Shown here: piece by piece, positions 18,490-25,587 of the stretch | Numbering within the stretch: position 1 is the stretch's first letter | Layout of the letters: each line of letters begins with the position of its first letter | Origin: Candidatus Binataceae bacterium | Lineage (GTDB): Bacteria > Desulfobacterota > Binatia > Binatales > Binataceae | DNA: 50,938 bases | Direction of reading: 5' to 3' | Assembly: GCA_035533435.1 (NCBI GenBank) | Contig: DATLTX010000086.1 | Location: forward strand, 1 to 50,938 | Notes under the pieces: model-generated | Seen by the model: the letters and a program-made list of their open reading frames with translations, nothing else | Databases searched by the model: none | What the model was told of the DNA's origin: nothing | Translations under genes and position numbers: made by a program

Positions 18490-18514
18490 GCGGGCGGCCA
18501 AGCGGGCCGCCCGC
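18490..18514. other. strong GC hairpin (10-bp stem GCGGGCGGCC/GGCCGCCCGC, 5-nt loop) in the BON/small-ORF intergenic region
   Basis: Seen directly. Further hairpins lie at about 18544-18600 (CCCGCCCC...GGGGCGGG). Possibly a U-tract-less terminator for the BON gene. Confidence 0.35.
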
Positions 18515-18624
18515 GTAGCGGTTGGCGATTCTGGTTTGTCTTGCGGGCTGGGAAACCCGCCCCACTTTTGTTCTGCGTCAACCCATGGGGCGGGCTCAGC
18601 GATAGCGCAGGTTGCGCGAGGAGT

Positions 18625-19038
18625 TTAGTTGTTGGACGAAGAATCCGAAGCATCAACGTGCAATTGGTTGGTTACTCCCGTCACACCCTCGGTGGCTTTT
18701 GTGACCTGCTCAGCCTTGGCCATCAACGCGGCGCTGGTAACGTGTCCGGTCAGCGTGACGGCGCCAGCTACGGTGGTGACGTCGATATCGCCGTTTTCAG
18801 TCGCACCACTGTTGTGCAGCGCGAGCTTCACCTTGGCGGTAATGGCGGTGTCGGTGACCGCGGTCGCGGTGCCCTGGTAGGCGTTCTTTGCGGCGCTCTC
18901 GGTGTCAGCGCCGGCCTTCTCCATCGATTGGCTGGCGCTGGGATGACTGGTGCTGTCCTGGGCGAAGGCTGGCGCCGAAAGCGAGAGCCCAAACGCCACG
19001 GCGGGAATAATTGCGAAAAATCCAAGTGACCGTTTCAT
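18625..19038 (-). CDS. BON domain protein (OsmY-like), secreted
   Basis: Signal peptide MKRSLGFFAIIPAVAFGLSLSAPAFA. BON pattern DTAITAKVKLAL...DIDVTTVAGAVTLTGHV...VTGVTNQLHV. GGAGAA RBS. Confidence 0.85.
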   Translation of the reverse strand: MKRSLGFFAIIPAVAFGLSLSAPAFAQDSTSHPSASQSMEKAGADTESAAKNAYQGTATAVTDTAITAKVKLALHNSGATENGDIDVTTVAGAVTLTGHVTSAALMAKAEQVTKATEGVTGVTNQLHVDASDSSSNN

Positions 19039-19094
19039 ATCGAATATTCTCCAATGCAGCCGGCTTTGATGCGCGGCCGACGGTTAGAATAGAG

Positions 19095-19110
19095 AGCAAT
19101 AGCGGGGCCA
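19095..19110 (-). promoter_or_regulatory. candidate sigma54 (-24/-12) promoter for the BON gene
   Basis: The minus strand reads TGGCCCCGCTATTGCT, with GG and GC at canonical spacing and TTGCT at -12. It is 57 nt upstream of the ATG, in the correct orientation, in an intergenic region. Confidence 0.5.
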
Positions 19111-19247
19111 TCGCCGGGCCCAACGAATCCTGCCGAATTCGCGCGAAAGACTTCCCCGGCATGGGAACATATTTCACGTTTGGCACCGGTCCCAAACCAT
19201 ACGCCCGCGCTACCGATCGAAGAGCCGCACGCGCGACGAGCGCCCGC

Positions 19248-21047
19248 TCAGGAGGCCGCGCGATGCGCGCAGGGGGCCTGCTCGGTAAGCGTCAAATTGT
19301 TAGCGGTGTTGACCAGGCATACGTGCGTGAACGCCTGCGGAAAATTCCCGACCTGGCGTCCAAGCACAGGGTCGTATTCCTCGGCCAGCAGGCCAAGGTC
19401 GTTGCGCAACGCGAGCAGCCGCTCGAAGATCTCTCGCGCCTCGCGATGGCGCCCGGTCAAGGCAAGGTTATCGGCCAGCCAGAAGGTGCAGGCCAGAAAC
19501 GCGCCCTCGCCGGGCGGAAGGCCGTCCACGCCGCTGTCGGTCTGATAGCGGCTGACCAGTCCGTCGTGCATCAGCTCGCGCTCGATGGCGGCGACGGTCG
19601 CGGTCACGCGCGGATCGCCGGGCGGGAGAAATCCAACCAGCGGGATCATCAGCAGCGACGCGTCGAGAACGTTCGAGCCGTAATACTGGACGAAGGCGTT
19701 GCGCTTGGGGTTGAAGCCGCGCGCGCAAACGTCGCGATGGATTTCGTCGCGCATCGCGCGCCACTTTTCGACCGGCCCGGCGGCGCCGAAGCGTTCGATC
19801 GCCTTGACTGCGCGATCGGCCGCGACCCACGCCATCACCTTGGAATGGGTGAAATCGCGGCGTGGTCCGCGGACCTCCCAGATTCCGCTGTCGGGCTGGC
19901 GCCATCCGGTCTCAAGAAACTCCATCAGCGCCGTTTGTACCCGCCACGCGTCGTCTTCCGGCGCGATTCCGTATTTCATCGCGACGTGCATCGAGTCCAT
20001 CACTTCGCCGTACACGTCGAGTTGAAACTGATCGTGCGCGCCGTTGCCGACCCGCACCGGGCGGCTGTTCTCATAGCCGGGCAGCCAATCAAGCTCGAAT
20101 TCCTGAAGCATCCGCTCGCCCGCGAGTCCGTACATGATTCGGGTATCCTGCGGATGCCCGGCGACGGCGCGGACCAGCCATTGGCGCCACGCGACAGCTT
20201 CTTCGGTGTAACCGGAGATCAGCAGCGCGTACAGGGTCAGGGTCGCGTCGCGTAACCAGCAGTACCTGTAATCCCAATTGCGCCCGCCGCCGATACTCTC
20301 GGGCAGCGAGGTCGTGGGCGCGGCCACAATCCCACCGGTGCGCCGGTATGTTAGAGCCTTAAGCGTGATGAGCGAGCGCAGCACCGCGTCGCGCCACGGT
20401 CCCTGGACAGTGCAGCGCGACGACCAATCGCGCCAGAACGCTTCGGTCTCCGCGAGCATCCGCATCGGATGCCGGGTACCCGGTTCCGGATCAATCGAGG
20501 GATACCATGTGAACGAGAACGGAACGGTCTGTCCTTCGGCGACGCTGAACGACCCGATAGAGGTGAAGTCCTTGCCGTGGAGGCGCGCCGAGGTTCTGAC
20601 CCGCACCGCGTTGGGTCCGGCGACCGCGCGTAATCCGAAATCGTGGCTGGTGACCCATGGGATGGTGCGGCCGTAATCGAATCTGAGTGCCAGCTCGGTG
20701 CGCATGCGGGGATTTCCGCGCACTCCGCGCACGATCCTGATCAGATCGACGCGCTCGTGATGCTCCGCGATTGGCATGAAATCCACGACTGCCGCAACTC
20801 CGTCTTTGGTCTCGAACTCGGTCTCGAGGATGAGCGTCGAGTCGAGGTAACGGCGGCGTACGGCGATGGTTTCGCCTTCGGGCGCGATCAGCCATCGTCC
20901 GTGCTCGGGTCCGCCCAGCAGCGCGGCGAAGCACGCGCCGGAATCGAAACGCGGCATGCATAGCCAGTCGATCGAGCCGTCGCGCGCGACCAGGGCGGCG
21001 GTATGAGTATTTCCGATGAGTGCGTAGTCTTCGATTCTGGAGCCCAT
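19248..21047 (-). CDS. glycoside hydrolase family 15 (glucoamylase/trehalase-like)
   Basis: 599 aa. N-terminal IEDYALIGNTHTAALVARDGSIDWLCMPRFDS and the (alpha/alpha)6 catalytic region pattern WDYRYCWLRD. Confidence 0.9.
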   Translation of the reverse strand: MGSRIEDYALIGNTHTAALVARDGSIDWLCMPRFDSGACFAALLGGPEHGRWLIAPEGETIAVRRRYLDSTLILETEFETKDGVAAVVDFMPIAEHHERVDLIRIVRGVRGNPRMRTELALRFDYGRTIPWVTSHDFGLRAVAGPNAVRVRTSARLHGKDFTSIGSFSVAEGQTVPFSFTWYPSIDPEPGTRHPMRMLAETEAFWRDWSSRCTVQGPWRDAVLRSLITLKALTYRRTGGIVAAPTTSLPESIGGGRNWDYRYCWLRDATLTLYALLISGYTEEAVAWRQWLVRAVAGHPQDTRIMYGLAGERMLQEFELDWLPGYENSRPVRVGNGAHDQFQLDVYGEVMDSMHVAMKYGIAPEDDAWRVQTALMEFLETGWRQPDSGIWEVRGPRRDFTHSKVMAWVAADRAVKAIERFGAAGPVEKWRAMRDEIHRDVCARGFNPKRNAFVQYYGSNVLDASLLMIPLVGFLPPGDPRVTATVAAIERELMHDGLVSRYQTDSGVDGLPPGEGAFLACTFWLADNLALTGRHREAREIFERLLALRNDLGLLAEEYDPVLGRQVGNFPQAFTHVCLVNTANNLTLTEQAPCAHRAAS

Positions 21048-21150
21048 AAGTTTATTCCCGTCGTGATGTTACACCGATATGGGAAGGAATGCCTCGGACC
21101 GGACGCGGTGAAAATTCTATCGTGGCGTCACGACGACGACAGGAGCCATA

Positions 21151-22140
21151 ATGAGGCAGCGGGGTATCCATATGCTCATGCATTGGATCTTCAGGCCCGC
21201 GGGCGGGCGGGCGAGCGATAGTCCTGGGCGCGGGCGCTTGCGCACGCGTATCCGCCGCGAAATCGCAACGATACGCGGGGCGATTCGCGCGCCGGCCGCC
21301 GCCGCGGCGCTGGCCGGGTTAGCTCTATGCCTGAGCGCGTGCGCGCAAACCAACCCCGGCGATCGCCGCTTCTATCGGCCCGAGTACGGGCTGGAAACGC
21401 ATGGGCGCAAGACCTGGTTCGATCACCTGGTCGAGGTCGATCCGGGCGGCATTACCACCGAGATCGCCCCGAACTACGACCGCGACGCGCCGCAGCGGAT
21501 CGCAGTGCTTCCGTTCACCGATATCGGCAGTGCCAATTATGTCGTCAACAAGATTCCGCTGACGCATCGCGATCAGCAGGAACGCGAGGATTGGGCATGG
21601 ACCGACGCCAACCGAATGCGCCGCTGCGTCGCCGGCTATCTCGCCGAGCGCGAATTTCTGGAGGCGAACCTGATTCAGATTGACGCGATTCTCAAACTCC
21701 ACGGAATCGACACCGAGCAAAAGCTCGAACAGGTACCGCCGCCGACGCTCGGAAAGTGGTTTGGCGTTGACGCCGTGGTTTACGGTGCCGTTACCCACTA
21801 CGAAGCCTTCTACGGATTTCTTATCGCGGGATGGCAGGTTGGCGCCGATGTGCGGATAGTCTCGACGCACGATGGCGAGCAGTTGTTTGCGGCGCGCGGA
21901 ACCCGCTACGAGGTCTATCTGCAGCCGGCGTGGGATCCGGTCGATATAGCGATCAATTCGGCGCTGGGGCTCTTGCAATTGCGCGACGTGCAGCTCGCGC
22001 GGGCCGAGGATGAAGACGCGCGTGAGATTGCGCTGCGCATTCCGCGCTCCGAACGGCTCGAGCGCCTGTTGATCGAAGATGCGGCCGGCGGCGACGTCAA
22101 GTTTGCGCACAAGTCGGTGGAGACAGTGCCCGGCCCTTGA
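21151..22140 (+). CDS. putative lipoprotein, DUF799/GNA1162-like
   Basis: Lipobox LCLSAC. RIAVLPFTD...FGVDAVVYGAVTHYE...VRIVSTHDGEQLF resembles the DUF799 lipoprotein pattern. Start uncertain. Confidence 0.5.
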   Translation: MRQRGIHMLMHWIFRPAGGRASDSPGRGRLRTRIRREIATIRGAIRAPAAAAALAGLALCLSACAQTNPGDRRFYRPEYGLETHGRKTWFDHLVEVDPGGITTEIAPNYDRDAPQRIAVLPFTDIGSANYVVNKIPLTHRDQQEREDWAWTDANRMRRCVAGYLAEREFLEANLIQIDAILKLHGIDTEQKLEQVPPPTLGKWFGVDAVVYGAVTHYEAFYGFLIAGWQVGADVRIVSTHDGEQLFAARGTRYEVYLQPAWDPVDIAINSALGLLQLRDVQLARAEDEDAREIALRIPRSERLERLLIEDAAGGDVKFAHKSVETVPGP

Positions 22141-22185
22141 ACGCAGAGCCGGACGCCGGGAGCCTGGACGTGACCGCGCTAAGCT

Positions 22186-23793
22186 TCATCTCGCGGCGCG
22201 CGCGATGTACGCGTTGATTACCTCGAAGTCGATTGGCTTCGGGAGCACATCGACCACCAGTTTGCGGCGCGGGTCGTCGCGGCCAATCTCGCTGGCCCAT
22301 CCTGTCACCAACATCACCTGCGTGCCCGGCGCCAGCACCGCGGTCTCTTCGGCGACCTCCCATCCGTTCATGCCGGGCATCCCGATGTCGCAGATCACGA
22401 AGTCGAAACGCATGCCGTTGCGCATATGGCGCAGCGCGTCGTAACCGTTAGCGGTCGCGACCACCGCGTAGCCCTTGTGCTCGAGCAGTTCTCGCAGCGC
22501 GTCCAGGTTGTCGGCGTTGTCGTCGATTATCAGGACCTTCAACGGCGCGATGCCGTCTTCTCGTGCGGGCTCGATGGGATCGCCGCCGGCAGGGCGCGAC
22601 GGCACTGGGTACTCCAAGTTGCCGGTCGGCAGCGACAGCGAGATTACCGCGCTGGCGCCTTCCCGATCTTCGACGTGAAGGCTCGCGCCCAGCCGCGCGA
22701 TCAGGCCCGACTGCGCCAGCGAGCGCGAGATTCCGCCCGCCTCGGAGATCGAGCTCTCAATTGATCGAGTCATATCGCGAGCGCCAGGCGTGACCAGGCG
22801 ATGTTGTTCGATTGCTATGGTCAGGTGCTCGAGGTCGGTCGAGGCGTTGATCATCAATGCTCCCCCGGCGGGCATCGCGTCGCAGATGCTGAGAATCAGG
22901 CGTTCGAGCACCTCGCTGAGGTCCTCGGGAACTAAAACCACCGTTTTCAGTGCGCCGATTTCGAGATCGACGTGCAGCACGCGATTGCTGTCGGGATAGC
23001 GCATCCGCAATTGCTCGCGCACCCGATCGACAGCGGTGCGGATCAGATTTGCCGGATCGATCGGAACAGGAATACTCGCCAGCGCGCCAGAGCCGGTCTG
23101 CACGCCAATAATCACACTGCTCACGTCGCCCACCAGGCGCCGCACCCGGTCGAGGTTGTCGGTCTGCGCCGGCGCGCCCGCGGCGGCGCGCATCAGTTCC
23201 AGGCGCAACGACATCTCGTTCAGGATATTGCTCAGGTCATGCGCGAGCGCCGACGAAAGCAAGCGCCCCTGCCGCGCAAGTCCGGCGCTCGAGGCGGCTT
23301 CGCGCACGCGCAACAGCTCGCTGCGTATGCGCACAGTTTCGGTGATGTCGGTCAGAACGCAGGTGAATCGGTTGCCGGAGCGCCATCGCGAGTGCGACTT
23401 CAGGATCGTCATCGCGACCCACAAAGTGGTTCCATCGCGGCGCACACGGATCCCTTCTTCGGCGAAACGGCCCAGTTCCGAAGCGACGCGCAGGGCCTCG
23501 GCGGGACGGTCGCGGATCAACTCCTGCGGGAGGTAGAGCAGGCTGAACGCACACCCGATCATTTCGTCGGAGCCATATCCAGTCATTCGCGCGGCGCCCG
23601 CGCTCCAGCCGGTGATCATGCCGGATCGATCGAGGGTCAGGATCGCGGAGTCCTTTATCGATAGGGAAAATTTCTCGAACAGCTCGGAGTTCGACCATCC
23701 CCCGATCAGACCGGCGATATTTCTGCGCGCGCGCTGTGCCGCTTTTGCGGCTTGCAGCAACCTCGCACGCAACGAGATCGATTGCCGACGCAT
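22186..23793 (-). CDS. hybrid sensor protein: PAS - HisKA/HATPase-like - C-terminal receiver (REC)
   Basis: PAS (ILTLDRSGMITGWSAGAARMTGY), H-box (LAHDLSNILNE), and a REC domain (KVLIIDDNADN...FVICDIGMPGMNG...LPKP). Confidence 0.85.
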   Translation of the reverse strand: MRRQSISLRARLLQAAKAAQRARRNIAGLIGGWSNSELFEKFSLSIKDSAILTLDRSGMITGWSAGAARMTGYGSDEMIGCAFSLLYLPQELIRDRPAEALRVASELGRFAEEGIRVRRDGTTLWVAMTILKSHSRWRSGNRFTCVLTDITETVRIRSELLRVREAASSAGLARQGRLLSSALAHDLSNILNEMSLRLELMRAAAGAPAQTDNLDRVRRLVGDVSSVIIGVQTGSGALASIPVPIDPANLIRTAVDRVREQLRMRYPDSNRVLHVDLEIGALKTVVLVPEDLSEVLERLILSICDAMPAGGALMINASTDLEHLTIAIEQHRLVTPGARDMTRSIESSISEAGGISRSLAQSGLIARLGASLHVEDREGASAVISLSLPTGNLEYPVPSRPAGGDPIEPAREDGIAPLKVLIIDDNADNLDALRELLEHKGYAVVATANGYDALRHMRNGMRFDFVICDIGMPGMNGWEVAEETAVLAPGTQVMLVTGWASEIGRDDPRRKLVVDVLPKPIDFEVINAYIARAAR

Positions 23794-23989
23794 CGCGATT
23801 TCACCGGATGTGACCCGCGCGGGACTGGTCCCCGCATCGACGGGTAAGCATGGTTGAAGCTCGTAAACGCGGCGCGGACGATTCGGGCGCGCGATTTGCC
23901 ACTACACTATGGAAAAACTTCACGATTCCCGTGATGACGCCAAAATCTCGCACTCTGAAGCCGCTCCACACAGGCATACCAGACTTGAG

Positions 23990-24005
23990 AGCACTACTTG
24001 TGCCA
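23990..24005 (-). promoter_or_regulatory. candidate sigma54 (-24/-12) promoter upstream of the hybrid PAS-kinase-REC gene
   Basis: The minus strand reads TGGCACAAGTAGTGCT: perfect TGGCAC, GC at canonical spacing, -12 element GTGCT. About 195 nt upstream of the ATG at 23793. Confidence 0.45.
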
Positions 24006-24083
24006 TCTGGACCGGTTGAGCGCGGTATTTCGCTCTACGGCTTATGTTTTTTCCCGCCGATATTGACGATTGATCTCCGGCGT

Positions 24084-24473
24084 TTACCCGGAACGGCTCT
24101 GATTCTCGCCGCCCGGCGGATCGCGATGGTCCGTGGGCCGCGCGGCGAACCGGCTGAGGACGAATCCCGCGAGGATCGCTGCGGCGCCGCCGATCGCCAG
24201 CGATTGCCACCACGGCAGCCATTGGCGCAGAAACATGATCACCGCCGCCAGCATCGCCACTCCGCCCGCCAGCATCGCGAAACCCGCGATCAGACTCGCG
24301 ACGACTCGATCCGTCAGGTCGGTGAACAGTGGGATGAGCGAGTTTTGAAAGAGTTGAATCTCGACCCGGATCACACGCGTCAGATCATCGATCACGCGCT
24401 CGGCGAGCACCGGCCAGCCGATATCGCCGGAATCCGGGCGCGAGGGCTGGTGTTCTGGTGGGCGAGAAGTCAT
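24084..24473 (-). CDS. holin-X / YqjE-like (phage holin superfamily III-like) small membrane protein
   Basis: The ATG at 24473 overlaps the upstream stop (ATGA). An amphipathic N-terminus is followed by two TM segments (VVASLIAGFAMLAGGVAMLAAVIMF, LAIGGAAAILAGFVL). Confidence 0.55.
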   Translation of the reverse strand: MTSRPPEHQPSRPDSGDIGWPVLAERVIDDLTRVIRVEIQLFQNSLIPLFTDLTDRVVASLIAGFAMLAGGVAMLAAVIMFLRQWLPWWQSLAIGGAAAILAGFVLSRFAARPTDHRDPPGGENQSRSG

Positions 24474-24760
24474 CGTGGCGTGTGCGGGACGCCGGTTTTG
24501 CGCGGCCTGCTCGCCAGCCCGAGGAGACCGCCGGCGACCATCAGGCCCAACGCCAGAAAGTTGTCGTCGATGGCTCCGAGCAGCAATCCGGCCGCGCCGG
24601 CGGCGCATACGGCGGGGAGGGCGTAGCGTTCGAGCAGCCGCTCAGGCTGAAGCTGATCGCCGACCGCCTCGGCTCTTTCGTTCACTTCCGTCAGGGTCTG
24701 GTGAAGCTGTTCCTTTGCCTGCTCGAGTTGTTCTTCGAGTTGGTCTGTGTTGTTTCCCAT
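24470..24760 (-). CDS. small coiled-coil, C-terminally anchored membrane protein
   Basis: MGNNTDQLEEQLEQAKEQLHQTLTEVNERAEAVGDQL followed by Gly/Ala-rich TM segments. Start taken at the ATG at 24760. Confidence 0.55.
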   Translation of the reverse strand: MGNNTDQLEEQLEQAKEQLHQTLTEVNERAEAVGDQLQPERLLERYALPAVCAAGAAGLLLGAIDDNFLALGLMVAGGLLGLASRPRKTGVPHTPR

Positions 24761-24995
24761 TGGTTTCACCCGTCCCGGCAATCGCGTCGAGAATCAGTTT
24801 TGGCGCCGCGATTCGCACCGCGTACACAGCCATCGTCCTCCCGATCCAGGTGCGAAGGCCGCCGCCCAGGATAAAGCCTGCTCCAGTCGCTATCCCGATC
24901 GCCGCCAGCGGGTTCTCCCTGATGTAGGTCGCCAGGGCCGACTTATCGATTATCGGCGCTGGCGATGCGACGCTCGCCTCCATCGCGGTCATCAT
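24642..24995 (-). CDS. small membrane protein with a DUF883-like C-terminal anchor motif
   Basis: The ATG at 24995 lies 1 nt after the upstream stop codon (TAG-G-ATG). ENPLAAIGIATGAGFILGGGL resembles the ElaB/YqjD anchor. The Arg/Gly-rich tail overlaps the next gene by 119 nt, so the 3' end is doubtful. Confidence 0.45.
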   Translation of the reverse strand: MMTAMEASVASPAPIIDKSALATYIRENPLAAIGIATGAGFILGGGLRTWIGRTMAVYAVRIAAPKLILDAIAGTGETNGKQHRPTRRTTRAGKGTASPDPDGSERKSRGGRRSASA

Positions 24996-24996
24996 C

Positions 24997-25251
24997 CTAG
25001 CGGGAAATCCGCCGGAGCACTTGGGCGGCAATGTATCCGACCAGGAACGCTCCAGCGACGGCAAGCAGCGGCTCGCGCTTTACGAAGTCGAGCAGACTTT
25101 CGCTGGCTTGGCTCGCATAATCGAGCGATTTTTCACCATATTCGCGTGCGCTTTCGACGCCTTCCTCGAGCGCCTCGCGGCCGGCCTTGCGTGCGTTATC
25201 GAATGCCTCGGATGCGGCGGCGACACCGTCTTCGAGTCTGCTGTTCGACAT
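24997..25251 (-). CDS. DUF883 family (ElaB/YqjD/YgaM-like) tail-anchored membrane protein
   Basis: 84 aa. Helical acidic N-terminus and C-terminal REPLLAVAGAFLVGYIAAQVLRR anchor. GGAGG RBS 9 nt upstream. Confidence 0.75.
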   Translation of the reverse strand: MSNSRLEDGVAAASEAFDNARKAGREALEEGVESAREYGEKSLDYASQASESLLDFVKREPLLAVAGAFLVGYIAAQVLRRISR

Positions 25252-25358
25252 TGTTGTCAGCCTCCAAAATGCGATGATCGACGATAGCCCGCGGGCAGGC
25301 GAAACAGAATCATCCCGTCTCCCGCGTCGACAATGCTATTCGCGGAACAACGAATATG

Positions 25359-25374
25359 AGCAATTTATCTGCCA
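25359..25374 (-). promoter_or_regulatory. candidate sigma54 (-24/-12) promoter of the DUF883 operon
   Basis: The minus strand reads TGGCAGATAAATTGCT (consensus TGGCAC-N5-TTGCW, exact spacing). It is about 108 nt upstream of the ATG at 25251, in the divergent intergenic region shared with the kinase/EBP operon. Confidence 0.65.
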
Positions 25375-25396
25375 GCCGATTGAGTCAGAAAATTGC

Positions 25397-25426
25397 GCGA
25401 AATGCAGCGTTTTGTTAACATTTCGC
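25397..25426. promoter_or_regulatory. inverted repeat GCGAAATG-N14-CATTTCGC upstream of the sigma54 promoter (candidate activator site)
   Basis: 8-nt perfect arms, located 23-52 nt upstream of the -24 element. Confidence 0.3.
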
Positions 25427-25587
25427 CCGGACTGTGTATAAAAGGAAGTTAAAGCGCGCCAAGTCCCGTGATGCCGATCGCTACAATTCATATTATCGCT
25501 TCAACCGGCACTTTGGGCGCGATTTGATAAATCCGATAGTCATCGATCACAGGAACTCGAGCCGCCGCTCGATTACCCAGGGTTGAC

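Noticed and set aside
23850-24626. 258-aa plus-strand ORF across the hybrid-kinase/holin-like gene gap
   Set aside because: Its translation is Arg/Pro-rich. The opposite strand encodes coherent small membrane proteins with RBS and start/stop coupling.
25506-25520. CGGCACTTTGGGCGC, a possible -24/-12 element upstream of the sensor kinase gene
   Set aside because: The spacing is correct and GGCAC is present, but the -12 region (GCGC) lacks the TTGC core. It is too weak to call and is noted only as a possible autoregulatory site.
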